This document shows positions 40,591-54,800 of a stretch of 64,000 nt of DNA, in pieces. The notes under the pieces were generated by a model. That model did no database searches, had not been told where the DNA came from, and saw only the letters and a list, made by a program, of their open reading frames with translations. The stretch is from Eledone cirrhosa (taxonomy: Eukaryota): the NCBI GenBank assembly GCA_964016885.1, contig OZ024743.1, forward strand, positions 24,614,001-24,678,000, given 5' to 3'. Position numbers and translations under genes: made by a program. Positions within the stretch are counted from its first letter, which is position 1. Each line of letters begins with the position of its first letter.

Positions 40591-43500
40591 CAAACTGGAC
40601 ATCACTGACATCAATCTCACCAGTCTGAGATGACATAGTTTTAAACTGGACATCACTGACATCAATGACACCAGTCTGAGATGACATAGTTTTAAACTGG
40701 ACATCACTGACATCAATGTCACCAGTCTGAGATGACATAGTTTTAAACTGGACATCACTGACATCAATGTCACCAGTCTGAGATGACATAGTTTTAAACT
40801 GGACATCACTGACATCAATGTCACCAGTCTGAGATGACATAGTTTTAAACTGGACATCACTGACATCAATGTCACCAGTCTGAGATGACATAGTTTTAAA
40901 CTGGACATCACTGACATCAATGTCACCAGTCTGAGATGACAGAGTTATAAACTGGACATCACTGACATCAATGTCACCAGTCTGAGATGACAGAGTTATA
41001 AACTGGACATCACTGACATCAATGTCACCAGTCTGAGATGACAGTTTTAAACTGGACATCACTGACATCAATGTCACCAGTCTTAGATGACATAGTTTTA
41101 AACTGGACATCACTGACATCAATGTCACCAGTCTGAGATGACATAGTTATAAACTGGACATCACTGACATCAATGTCACCAGTCTGAGATGACATAGTTT
41201 TAAACTGGACATCACTGACATCAATGTCACCAGTCTGAGATTACAGAGTTTTAAACTGGACATCACTGACATCATTGTCACCAGTCTGAGATGACAGAGT
41301 TATAAACTGGACATCACTGACATCAATGTCACCAGTCTGAGATGACAGAGTTATAAACTGGACATCACTGACATCAATGTCACCAGTCTGAGATTACAGA
41401 GTTTTAAACTGGACATCACTGACATCAATGTCACCAGTCTGAGATGACATAGTTTTAAACGGGACATCACTGACATCAATGTCACCAGTCTGAGATGAAA
41501 GAGTTATAAACTGGACATCACTGACGTCAATGTCACCAGTCTGAGATGACAGAGTTATAAACTGGACATCACTGACATCAATGTCACCAGTCTGAGATGA
41601 CAGAGTTTTAAACTTGACATCACTGACATCAATGTCACCAGTCTGAGATGACAGAGTTATAAACTGGACATCACTGACATCAATGTCACCAGTCTGAGAT
41701 GACAGAGTTATAAACTGGACATCACTGACATCAATGTCACCAGTCTGAGATGACATAGTTTTAAACTGGACATCACTGACATCAATGTCACCAGTCTGAG
41801 ATGACAGTTTTAAACTGGACATCACTGACATCAATGTCACCAGTCTGAGATGACATAGTTATAAACTGGACATCACTGACATCAATGTCACCAGTCTGAG
41901 ATGACAGAGTTTTAAACTGAACATCACTGACATCAATGTCACCAGTCTGAGATGACATAGTTATAAACTGGACATCACTGACATCAATGTCACCAGTCTG
42001 AGATGACATAGTTTTAAACTGGACATCACTGACATCAATGTCACCAGTCTGAGATGATAGAGTTTTAAACTGGACATCACTGACATCAATGTCACCAGTC
42101 TGAGATGACAGAGTTATAAACTGGACATCACTGACATCAATGTCACCAGTCTGAGATGACAGAGTTATAAACTGGACATCACTGACATCAATGTCACCAG
42201 TCTGAGATGACAGTTTTAAACTGGACATCACTGACATCAATGTCACCAGTCTTAGATGACATAGTTTTAAACTGGACATCACTGACATCAATGTCACCAG
42301 TCTGAGATGACATAGTTATAAACTGGACATCACTGACATCAATGTCACCAGTCTGAGATGACATAGTTTTAAACTGGACATCACTGACATCAATGTCACC
42401 AGTCTGAGATTACAGAGTTTTAAACTGGACATCACTGACATCAATGTCACCAGTCTGAGATGACAGAGTTATAAACTGGACATCACTGACATCAATGTCA
42501 CCAGTCTGAGATGACAGAGTTATAAACTGGACATCACTGACATCAATGTCACCAGTCTGAGATGACAGAGTTATAAACTGGACATCACTGACATCAATGT
42601 CACCAGTCTGAGATGACAGTTTTAAACTGGACATCACTGACATCAATGTCACCAGTCTTAGATGACATAGTTTTAAACTGGACATCACTGACATCAATGT
42701 CACCAGTCTGAGATGACATAGTTATAAACTGGACATCACTGACATCAATGTCACCAGTCTGAGATTACAGAGTTTTAAACTGGACATCACTGACATCAAT
42801 GTCACCAGTCTGAGATGACAGAGTTATAAACTGGACATCACTGACATCAATGTCACCAGTCTGAGATGACAGAGTTATAAACTGGACATCACTGACATCA
42901 ATGTCACCAGTCTGAGATGACAGAGTTATAAACTGGACATCACTGACATCAATGTCACCAGTCTGAGATGACAGTTTTAAACTGGACATCACTGACATCA
43001 ATGTCACCAGTCTTAGATGACATAGTTTTAAACTGGACATCACTGACATCAATGTCACCAGTCTGAGATGACATAGTTATAAACTGGACATCACTGACAT
43101 CAATGTCACCAGTCTGAGATGACATAGTTTTAAACTGGACATCACTGACATCAATGTCACCAGTCTGAGATTACAGAGTTTTAAACTGGACATCACTGAC
43201 ATCAATGTCACCAGTCTGAGATGACAGAGTTATAAACTGGACATCACTGACATCAATGTCACCAGTCTGAGATTACAGAGTTTTAAACTGGACATCACTG
43301 ACATCAATGTCACCAGTCTGAGATGACATAGTTTTAAACGGGACATCACTGACATCAATGTCACCAGTCTGAGATGAAAGAGTTATAAACTGGACATCAC
43401 TGACATCAATGTCACCAGTCTGAGATGACATAGTTATAAACTGGACATCACTGACATCAATGTCACCAGTCTGAGATGACATAGTTTTAAACGGGACATC

Positions 43501-44654
43501 ACTGACATCAATGTCACCAGTCTGAGATGACAGAGTTATAAACTGGACATCACTGACATCAATGTCACCAGTCTGAGATGACAGAGTTATAAACTGGACA
43601 TCACTGACATCAATGTCACCAGTCTGAGATGAAAGAGTTATAAACTGGACATCACTGACATCAATGTCACCAGTCTTAGATGACATAGTTTTAAACTGGA
43701 CATCACTGACATCAATGTCACCAGTCTGAGATGACATAGTGATAAACTGGACATCACTGACATCAATGTCACCAGTCTGAGATGACATAGTTATAAACTG
43801 GACATCACTGACATCAATGTCACCAGTCTGAGATGACAGAGTTATAAACTGGACATCACTGACATCAATGTCACCAGTCTGAGATGACAGAGTTATAAAC
43901 TGGACATCACTGACATCAATGTCACCAGTCTGAGATGAAAGAGTTATAAACTGGACATCACTGACATCAATGTCACCAGTCTGAGATGATAGAGTTTTAA
44001 ACTGGACATCACTGACATCAATGTCACCAGTCTTAGATGACATAGTTTTAAACTGGACATCACTGACATCAATGTCACCAGTCTGAGATGAAAGAGTTAT
44101 AAACTGGACATCACTGACATCAATGTCACCAGTCTGAGATGAAAGAGTTATAAACTGGACATCACTGACATCAATGTCACCAGTCTGAGATGATAGAGTT
44201 TTAAACTGGACATCACTGACATCAATGTCACCAGTCTGAGATGACATAGTTATAAACTGGACATCACTGACATCAATGTCACCAGTCTGAGATGACAGAG
44301 TTTTAAACTGGACATCACTGACATCAATGTCACCAGTCTGAGATGATAGAGTTTTAAACTGGACATCACTGACATCAATGTCACCAGTCTGAGATGACAG
44401 AGTTTTAAACTGGACATCACTGACATCAATGTCACCAGTCTGAGATGACATAGTTATAAACTGGACATCACTGACATCAATGTCACCAGTCTGAGATGAC
44501 ATAGTTATAAACTGGACATCACTGACATCAATGTCACCAGTCTGAGATGACAGAGTTATAAACTGGACATCACTGACATCAATGTCACCAGTCTGAGATG
44601 ATAGAGTTTTAAACTGGACATCACTGACATCAATGTCACCAGTCTGAGATGACA
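40591..44654. repeat. 51-bp satellite, about 80 copies
   Basis: aaactggacatcactgacatcaatgtcaccagtctgagatgaca(t/g)agtt(t/a)t, with occasional 49-bp variants. Confidence 0.98.
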
Positions 44655-45919
44655 GGGGCACTGCTCCTCCTCCAACCTCCTCTTCTTCTTCAATGATAGT
44701 ATAACAATTTCCACGTGGCATCAGTATCATCATCATCATCATTATCATCGTCATCGTCCGCGTCGGACTCACCATCTTCATCGTCGTCGTCATCATCACC
44801 ATCGTCGTCATCGTCATCATAATCATCGTTATCATCATCATTATCGTCGTCATCATAACCATCATCATTATCATCATCGTCATCGTCATCATCATTAACG
44901 TCATTGCCGTCATTATCACTCTCACCGTCGTCCTCGTCACTGTCATCGGGCTCATCAACTTCATAATCATCGTCATCATCATATTCGCCATCATCACAAT
45001 CATCACCATCATCAACTTCAACGTAATAACAATCATGAAATGAAGCCCCTCTTTCACCCTACCGTCCGCCATTACCGCCACCATCCACCCCCATTCATAT
45101 TATGGTCTCCCAAATCTCAGCACTGACCGAAAATATGAACTACTCTTCTATGACTCCCCTTGTGTCACTTTCATCCTCTGCCCACCACCTCGGCCATTTC
45201 TCTTCTCATAAAAGAATATGAAACCACCCACCACCCACACGACACTCCAACACTCCACCATTCCTAACACAGATCTATCTCTCTCTCCAATATTGCCACC
45301 ATCTACAGCTTCTTCAGCCCGCCTTTCCTCCTTCTCTCTCTCTCTCACTCTCTCTATTTATATATATATATATATATCTTTCTTTATCGTTCTCTTTCTC
45401 ACTCTCACTCTATCTCTATCTCTCATTCTATCTCTGTCGCTCTATCTCACTCTCTCTCCCTCTCACTCACTCTCTTTAACTATCTATCTATCTCTCATTC
45501 TCTCTCTCTCTCCCCTCTCTCTCTATACATGTGTGTGAGTCTATACGATGTATACATCCCACTACTTGACACTATCTATATCACCAACATATCTCAATTA
45601 TTTTCCTTGTTTCTTTGATTTTTTGATATGATATTTTTGGGGGTTTTTTTGTTGCTACTGCTGCTGCTACTGCTGTTGCTGCTGTTGCTGTTGTTGTTGT
45701 TGTTGTTGTTGCTGCTGCTGCTGCTGCTGCTTCTAATGATAATAATGGCGTTGTTGCTGGTGTTGTTCTTGTAATCCAGTTCTTTATTCCCGGACAGATC
45801 AAACGTGTGGTCGATCCCAAGTCGAGCGGCAATATGAAATAAATTCACTGTCTTCTTGGCTTCCAGTTTATCATTTGCTGACTTAAATGTATTGCTTGCA
45901 GCGCCACCTGAAGCGCCGC

Positions 45920-47100
45920 CCTTGGTGATGGTATTGGTGGCGGTGGTGGGGGTTGTGTTGGTACTGGTGGTGGTGATGGTGGTATTGGTGGAGACGGTGG
46001 TGGTTGTGCTGCTGGTGCTGGTGGTTGTGTTGGTGGTGGTGTTGGTGGTGGTGTTGGTGGTGGTGATGGTGGTTACGGTGGTGGTGCTGGTGCTGGTGCT
46101 GGTATTGGTGGTAGTGGTGGTGGTGGTTGCGGTGGTGGTTGCGGTGGTGGTGGTGGTGCTGGTGCTGGTGGTGGTGGTGGTGGTGCTGGTGCTGCTGGTG
46201 CTGGTGATGGTGGTTACGGTGGTGGTGCTGGTGCTGGTGGTGGTATTGGTGGTAGTGGTGGTGGTGGTTGCGGTGGTGGTTGCGGTGGTGGTGGTGGTGC
46301 TGGTGCTGGTGGTGGTGGTGGTGGTGCTGGTGCTGCTGGTGCTGGTGATGGTGGTTACGGTGGTGGTGCTGGTGCTGGTGGTGGTATTGGTGGTAGTGGT
46401 GGTGGTGGTGGTGGTGCTGGTGGTGCTGGTGGTGGTGATGGTGGTTACGGTGGTGGTGCTGGTGCTGGTGGTGGTTGCGGTGGTAGTGGTGGTGGTGGTA
46501 TTGGTGGTGGTTGCGGTGGTGGTGGTGGTGGTGGTGCTGGTGCTGGTGGTGGTGCTGGTGCTGGTGCTGGTGGTGGTGGTGGTGGTAGTGGTGGTGGTGG
46601 TTGCGGTGGTGGTTGCGGTGGTGGTGCTGGTGCTGGTGGTGGTGGTGATGGTGCTGCTGGTGCTGGTGGTGGTGGTGCTGGTGGTGGTGCTGGTGGTGGT
46701 GGTGGTGGTGCTGCTGGTGGTGCTGGTGTGGGGTAGGGAGGAAAGTTGTTAGAAGTATTGGTGATGGTGGTGGTGCTGATGGTGGTGTTGGTGCTGATAG
46801 TGGTGTTGGTGGTGGTGGTAGCGAGGAAGGTTGTTAGAAGTATTGGTGGTGGTGTTGGTAGGAGTAGTGATGTTGGTGGTGGTGGTGTTGGTAGGAGTAG
46901 TGATGTTGGTGGTGGTGGTGTTGGTGGTGGTGGTTGTAGTTGTAGTAGTGATGGTGGTGGTGATGGTGGTCGTGAACGTCGTCGTCGTGGAGAAGACTAG
47001 GGGTTTGGATAATGAAGGTGCAGCAGTGGTTTGTGGTATTTAGTAATGGCGGCGATGGTGGTGGTGGTGGTGGTGGTGATGGGAGGAGGATTGTGATGGT
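45920..47100 (+). repeat. (GGT/GCT)n degenerate trinucleotide tract with internal duplications
   Basis: Direct reading. Confidence 0.85.
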
Positions 47101-47440
47101 GGGAGTCGAGTGATGAGAATGTGGGGTTGTAGGTGGTTGTGGGATTGTGGTGGTGATTAGAATGGTGGTGAAGTAAAGCTTCTAAAGGTGTGGAGTTGGT
47201 CATAATAAATGGGGATGGTAGAAATGCTGGCGATGGTGAAGGGGTAGATGGTGGTGAAGGCGGTGGGGAAAAGGTGTGGCAGTGGTGGTTGATAAGGGGC
47301 AACGGTAGGTGATCTCCATTGGCCTGGAAATCTTTATGTTCGACACATTATGATTAATTGTTTTGTGGGATCTTTTTATCAACACCATATTTAAAAGAGA
47401 ATGAGGTTTCAAAGAAAGAGAGAAAGTGAGAAAGAAGGAT

Positions 47441-47499
<59 letters not shown>

Positions 47500-47544
47500 A
47501 AAGAAAGAAAGAAAGAAAGCTAGAAAGAAAGAAAAAGAAAGAAA

Positions 47545-47576
<32 letters not shown>

Positions 47577-47602
47577 AAAAAGAAAGAAAGAAAGAAAGAA
47601 AA

Positions 47603-47665
<63 letters not shown>

Positions 47666-48111
47666 GGAAAAACAAAAAAGACAAAGTAAGAAAAATATTT
47701 ACAAACAAAGAAGTAAGAACGAATTATATATAGATAGATAAATATGAAGTAAGAAAAAACGAAAGAAAATATGGAAATGAAGGAAAAGTGAGAAAATAAA
47801 ATAAAGAAGGAGAGATGGAAAGATAGAACGACTGAGTAAACGAAGAAAGACATATACAGGGAAGGAAGACTAGGAAGATGAATAAGAACAAAAGAAAATA
47901 AGGATATATAAGAATATGAAAGAAGCAGAGAAAAATAAATGAAGGAAAAAAAAAGAGGAGGAAAGAAATATAAAAAGGAGAAAAAAGGAAAAAAGGAGAA
48001 AAAAAGCAAGAAGAAAAAATTCAAAAACAAGAAAGAATGAAAAAGTGAAGGAAGATAAAACAAAAAAAAAAGAGAAATGTAAGAAAATAATCAGTTAATT
48101 ATTTACTTAAT

Positions 48112-48250
48112 AATTGTTTCTATTTTTGGCACAAGGCCAGCAATTAACCAGTGTATTACTGGTACTTTATTTTATCGACCCCGTAAGGATGAAAGGCAAA
48201 GTTAACCTCGGCGGGATTTGAACTCAGATAGTAAAGGGACGTAACTATGC
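48112..48250 (-). mobile_element. 5'-truncated Nin-like SINE within (GAAA)n tracts
   Basis: Core and tail present. Confidence 0.8.
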
Positions 48251-48307
48251 TGAAAGGCGAGAAAGAAAGAGTGAATGAAAGAAAAAAGGAAGAAAAGAAG
48301 GAAGGAA

Positions 48308-48341
<34 letters not shown>

Positions 48342-48848
48342 GAAAGAAAGAAAGAATGAATGGAAGAAAATAGAAAGAATGAAGAAAAAAGAAAGAAAGA
48401 AAGAAAGAAAGAGCAAGAGAGAAAGAAGGAAAGAAAGAAAGAAAGAAAGAATGAATGAATGAAAGAAAAAATAGAGAAAGGAAGAAAAAAGAAAGAAAGA
48501 AAGAAAAAAGGAAAGAAAGAAAGATGAGAGAAGAAAAAGAGAAAGAATGAATGAAAGAAAAAAAGAAAGGAATGATTGAATGAGAAAAAAGAAAGGAATG
48601 AATGAAAGAAAAAAGGAAAAAAGAAAGAAAGAAAGAAAGAAAGAAAGGGAGGAATGAAGGAAGAAAGAAGGAAAGAAAGAAAGGAAGGAATGAAGGAAGA
48701 AAGAAGGAAAGAAAGAAAGAGAGTAAAAAGAAAGAGAGAAAGAGAGAGATAGAGAGTTAAAGTGTGTAAAATAGAGCTCATTATCCGTATGTAGTATCAA
48801 CAAGGTAAAGAATTAAGATTCAAATCACGCTTCAAACCAATTCGTTCG

Positions 48849-51800
48849 AACCTTGTTTGCTGTAGTTAACTGGGCTGACAGTTGGTTCTGTCCCTCCTCA
48901 GTAATCCCAACCTTGTTTGCTGTAGTTAACTGTGCTGACAGTTGGTTCTGTCCCTCCTCAGTCATCCCAACCTTGTTTGTTGTAGTTAACTGTGCTGACA
49001 GTTTGTTCTGCCCTTCCTCAGCCATCCCAACCTTGTTTGCTGTAGTTAACTGGGCTGACAGTTGGTTCTGTCCCTCCTCAGTCATCCCAACCTTGTTTGC
49101 TGTAGTTAACTGTGCTGACAGTTTGTTCTGTCCCTCCTCAGTCATCCCAACCTTGTTTGCTGTAGTTAACTGGGCTGACAGTTGGTTCTGTCCCTCCTCA
49201 GTCATCCCAGCCTTGTTTGCTGTAGTTAACAGTGCTGACAGTTGGTTCTGTCCCTCCTCAGTCATCCCAACCTTGTTTGCTGTAGTTAACTGTGCTGACA
49301 GTTGGTTCTGTCCTTCCTCAGTCATCCCAAACCTTGTTTGCTGTAGTTAACTGTGCTGACAGTTGGTTCTGTCCCTCCTCAGTCAACCCAACCTTGTTTG
49401 CTGTAGTTAACTGTGCTGACAGTTGGTTCTGTCACTCCTCAGTCATCCCAACCTTGTTTGCTGTAGTTAACTGTGCTGACAGTTGGTTCTGTCCTTCCTC
49501 AGTCATCCCAAACCTTGTTTGCTGTAGTTAACTGTGCTGACAGTTGGTTATGTCCCTCCTCAGTCATCTCAACCTTGTTTGCTGTAGTTAACTGTGCTGA
49601 CAGTTGGTTCTGTCCCTCCTCAGTCATCCCAACCTTGTTTGCTGTAGTTAACTGTGCTGACAGTTGGTTATGTCCCTCCTCAGTCATCTCAACCTTGTTT
49701 GCTGTACTTAACTGTGCTGACAGTTGGTTCTGTCCCTCCTCAGTCATCTCAACCTTGTTTGCTGTAGTTAACTGTGCTGACAGTTGGTTCTGTCCCTCCT
49801 CAGTCATCTCAACCTTGTTTGCTGTAGTTAAATGTGCGGACAGTTTGTTCTGTCCTTCCTCAGCCATCCAAACCTTGTTTGCTGTAGTTAACTGGGCTGA
49901 CAGTTGGTTCTGTCCCTCCTCAGTCATCCCAACCTTGTTTGCTGTAGTTAACTGTGCTGACAGTTTGTTCTGTCCCTCCTCAGTCATCCCAACCTTGTTT
50001 ACTGTAGTTAACTGTGCTGACAGTTTGTTCTGTCCCTCCTCAGTCATCTCAACCTTGTTTGCTGTAGTTAACTGTGCTGACAGTTGGTTCTGTCCCTCCT
50101 CAGTCATCCCAGCCTTGTTTGCTGTAGTTAACTGTGCTGACAGTTGGTTCTGTCCCTCCTCAGTCATCCCAACCTTGTTTGCTGTAGTTAACTGTGCTGA
50201 CAGTGTGTTCTGTCCCTCCTCAGTCATCTCAACCTAGTTTGATGTAGTTAACTGTGCGGACAGTTTGTTCTGTCCCTCCTCAGCCATCCCAACCTTGTTT
50301 GCTGTAGTTAATTGTGCTGACAGTTGGTTCTGTCCCTCCTCAGTCATCCCAGCCTTGTTTGCTGTAGTTAACTGGGCTGACAGTTGGTTCTGTCCCTCCT
50401 CAGTCATCTCAACCTAGTTTGCTGTAGTTAACTGTGCTGACAGTTGGTTGTGTCCCTCCTCAGTCATCTCAAACCTTGTTTGATGTAGTTAACTGTGCTG
50501 ACAGTGTGTTCTGTCCCTCCTCAGTCATCTCAACCTAGTTTGCTGTAGTTAACTGTGCTGACAGTTGGTTGTGTCCCTCCTCAGTCATCTCAAACCTTGT
50601 TTGATGTAGTTAACTGTGCTGACAGTTTGTTCTGTCCCTCCTCAGTCGTCTCAAACCTTGTTTGATGTAGTTAACTGTGCTGACAGTTTGTTCTGTCCCT
50701 CCTCAGTCATCTCAAACCTTGTTTGATGTAGTTAACTGTGCTGACAGTTTGTTCTGTCCCTCCTCAGTCATCTCAAACCTTCTTTGATGTAGTTAACTGT
50801 GCGGACAGTTTGTTCTGTCCCTCCTCAGCCATCCCAACCTTGTTTGCTGTAGTTAACTGTGCTGACAGTGTGTTCTGTCCCTCCTCAGTCATCCCAGCCT
50901 TGTTTGCTGTAGTTAACTGTGCTGACAGTTGGTTCTGTCCCTCCTCAGTCATCCCAGCCTTGTTTGCTGTAGTTAACTGGGCTGACAGTTGGTTCTGTCC
51001 CTCCTCAATCATCCCAACCTTGTTTGCTGTAGTTAACTGTGCTGACAATTGGTTGTGTCCCTCCTCAGTCATCTCAACCTTGTTTGCTGTAGTTAACTGT
51101 GCTGACAGTTGGTTCTGTCCCTCCTCAGTCATCCCAACCTTGTTTGATGTAGTTAACCGTGCTGACAGTTTGTTCTGTCCCTCCTCAGTCATCCCAGCCT
51201 TGTTTGCTGTAGTTAACTGTGCTGACAGTTGGTTCTGTCCCTCCTCAGTCATCCCAACCTTGTTTGCTGTAGTTAACTGTGCTGACAGTTGGTTCTGTCC
51301 CTCCTCAGTCATCTCAACCTTGTTTGCTGTAGTTAACTGTGCTGACAGTTTGTTCTGTCCCTCCTCAGTCATCTCAACCTTGTTTGCTGTAGTTAACTGT
51401 GCTGACAGTTGGTTCTGTCCCTCCTCAGTCATCCCAACCTTGTTTGATGTAGTTAACTGTGCGGACAGTTTGTTCTGTCCCTCCTCAGTCATCCCAACCT
51501 TGTTTGCTGTAGATAACTGTGCTGACAGTTGGTTCTGTCCCTCCTCAGTCGTCTCAACCTTGTTTGCTGTAGTTAACTGTGCTGACAGTTTGTTCTGTCC
51601 CTCCTCAGTCATCCCAACCTTGTTTGCTGTAGTTAACTGGGCTGACAGTTGGTTCTGTCCCTCCTCAGTCATCCCAACCTTGTTTGCTGTAGTTAACTGT
51701 GCTGACAGTTTGTTCTGTCCCTCCTCAGTCATCCCAACCTTGTTTACTGTAGTTAACTGTGCTGACAGTTTGTTCTGTCCCTCCTCAGTCATCTCAACCT

Positions 51801-54800
51801 TGTTTGCTGTAGTTAACTGTGCTGACAGTTGGTTCTGTCCCTCCTCAGTCATCCCAGCCTTGTTTGCTGTAGTTAACTGTGCTGACAGTTGGTTCTGTCC
51901 CTCCTCAGTCATCCCAACCTTGTTTGCTGTAGTTAACTGTGCTGACAGTGTGTTCTGTCCCTCCTCAGTCATCTCAACCTAGTTTGATGTAGTTAACTGT
52001 GCGGACAGTTTGTTCTGTCCCTCCTCAGCCATCCCAACCTTGTTTGCTGTAGTTAATTGTGCTGACAGTTGGTTCTGTCCCTCCTCAGTCATCCCAGCCT
52101 TGTTTGCTGTAGTTAACTGGGCTGACAGTTGGTTCTGTCCCTCCTCAGTCATCTCAACCTAGTTTGCTGTAGTTAACTGTGCTGACAGTTGGTTGTGTCC
52201 CTCCTCAGTCATCTCAAACCTTGTTTGATGTAGTTAACTGTGCTGACAGTGTGTTCTGTCCCTCCTCAGTCATCTCAACCTAGTTTGCTGTAGTTAACTG
52301 TGCTGACAGTTGGTTGTGTCCCTCCTCAGTCATCTCAAACCTTGTTTGATGTAGTTAACTGTGCTGACAGTTTGTTCTGTCCCTCCTCAGTCGTCTCAAA
52401 CCTTGTTTGATGTAGTTAACTGTGCTGACAGTTTGTTCTGTCCCTCCTCAGTCATCTCAAACCTTGTTTGATGTAGTTAACTGTGCTGACAGTTTGTTCT
52501 GTCCCTCCTCAGTCATCTCAAACCTTCTTTGATGTAGTTAACTGTGCGGACAGTTTGTTCTGTCCCTCCTCAGCCATCCCAACCTTGTTTGCTGTAGTTA
52601 ACTGTGCTGACAGTGTGTTCTGTCCCTCCTCAGTCATCCCAGCCTTGTTTGCTGTAGTTAACTGTGCTGACAGTTGGTTCTGTCCCTCCTCAGTCATCCC
52701 AGCCTTGTTTGCTGTAGTTAACTGGGCTGACAGTTGGTTCTGTCCCTCCTCAATCATCCCAACCTTGTTTGCTGTAGTTAACTGTGCTGACAATTGGTTG
52801 TGTCCCTCCTCAGTCATCTCAACCTTGTTTGCTGTAGTTAACTGTGCTGACAGTTGGTTCTGTCCCTCCTCAGTCATCCCAACCTTGTTTGATGTAGTTA
52901 ACCGTGCTGACAGTTTGTTCTGTCCCTCCTCAGTCATCCCAGCCTTGTTTGCTGTAGTTAACTGTGCTGACAGTTGGTTCTGTCCCTCCTCAGTCATCCC
53001 AACCTTGTTTGCTGTAGTTAACTGTGCTGACAGTTGGTTCTGTCCCTCCTCAGTCATCTCAACCTTGTTTGCTGTAGTTAACTGTGCTGACAGTTTGTTC
53101 TGTCCCTCCTCAGTCATCTCAACCTTGTTTGCTGTAGTTAACTGTGCTGACAGTTGGTTCTGTCCCTCCTCAGTCATCCCAACCTTGTTTGATGTAGTTA
53201 ACTGTGCGGACAGTTTGTTCTGTCCCTCCTCAGTCATCCCAACCTTGTTTGCTGTAGATAACTGTGCTGACAGTTGGTTCTGTCCCTCCTCAGTCGTCTC
53301 AACCTTGTTTGCTGTAGTTAACTGTGCTGACAGTTTGTTCTGTCCCTCCTCAGTCATCCCAACCTTGTTTGCTGTAGTTAACTGGGCTGACAGTTGGTTC
53401 TGTCCCTCCTCAGTCATCCCAACCTTGTTTGCTGTAGTTAACTGTGCTGACAGTTGGTTCTGTCCCTCCTCAGTCATCTCAACCTTGTTTGCTGTAGTTA
53501 AATGTGCGGACAGTTTGTTCTGTCCTTCCTCAGCCATCCAAACCTTGTTTGCTGTAGTTAACTGGGCTGACAGTTGGTTCTGTCCCTCCTCAGTCATCCC
53601 AACCTTGTTTGCTGTAGTTAACTGTGCTGACAGTTTGTTCTGTCCCTCCTCAGTCATCCCAACCTTGTTTACTGTAGTTAACTGTGCTGACAGTTTGTTC
53701 TGTCCCTCCTCAGTCATCTCAACCTTGTTTGCTGTAGTTAACTGTGCTGACAGTTGGTTCTGTCCCTCCTCAGTCATCCCAGCCTTGTTTGCTGTAGTTA
53801 ACTGTGCTGACAGTTGGTTCTGTCCCTCCTCAGTCATCCCAACCTTGTTTGCTGTAGTTAACTGTGCTGACAGTGTGTTCTGTCCCTCCTCAGTCATCTC
53901 AACCTAGTTTGATGTAGTTAACTGTGCGGACAGTTTGTTCTGTCCCTCCTCAGCCATCCCAACCTTGTTTGCTGTAGTTAATTGTGCTGACAGTTGGTTC
54001 TGTCCCTCCTCAGTCATCCCAGCCTTGTTTGCTGTAGTTAACTGGGCTGACAGTTGGTTCTGTCCCTCCTCAGTCATCTCAACCTAGTTTGCTGTAGTTA
54101 ACTGTGCTGACAGTTGGTTGTGTCCCTCCTCAGTCATCTCAAACCTTGTTTGATGTAGTTAACTGTGCTGACAGTGTGTTCTGTCCCTCCTCAGTCATCT
54201 CAACCTAGTTTGCTGTAGTTAACTGTGCTGACAGTTGGTTGTGTCCCTCCTCAGTCATCTCAAACCTTGTTTGATGTAGTTAACTGTGCTGACAGTTTGT
54301 TCTGTCCCTCCTCAGTCGTCTCAAACCTTGTTTGATGTAGTTAACTGTGCTGACAGTTTGTTCTGTCCCTCCTCAGTCATCTCAAACCTTGTTTGATGTA
54401 GTTAACTGTGCTGACAGTTTGTTCTGTCCCTCCTCAGTCATCTCAAACCTTCTTTGATGTAGTTAACTGTGCGGACAGTTTGTTCTGTCCCTCCTCAGCC
54501 ATCCCAACCTTGTTTGCTGTAGTTAACTGTGCTGACAGTTGGTTCTGTCCCTCCTCAGTCATCCCAGCCTTGTTTGCTGTAGTTAACTGTGCTGACAGTT
54601 GGTTCTGTCCCTCCTCAGTCATCCCAGCCTTGTTTGCTGTAGTTAACTGGGCTGACAGTTGGTTCTGTCCCTCCTCAATCATCCCAACCTTGTTTGCTGT
54701 AGTTAACTGTGCTGACAATTGGTTGTGTCCCTCCTCAGTCATCTCAACCTTGTTTGCTGTAGTTAACTGTGCTGACAGTTGGTTCTGTCCCTCCTCAGTC

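Noticed and set aside
43273-45084. 603-aa ORF joining a Met-rich tract to SSQTGDIDVSDVQF repeats
   Set aside because: It is read-through of an (ATG/GAT)n microsatellite into the 51-bp satellite; the rest of the array has stops and 2-bp deletions.
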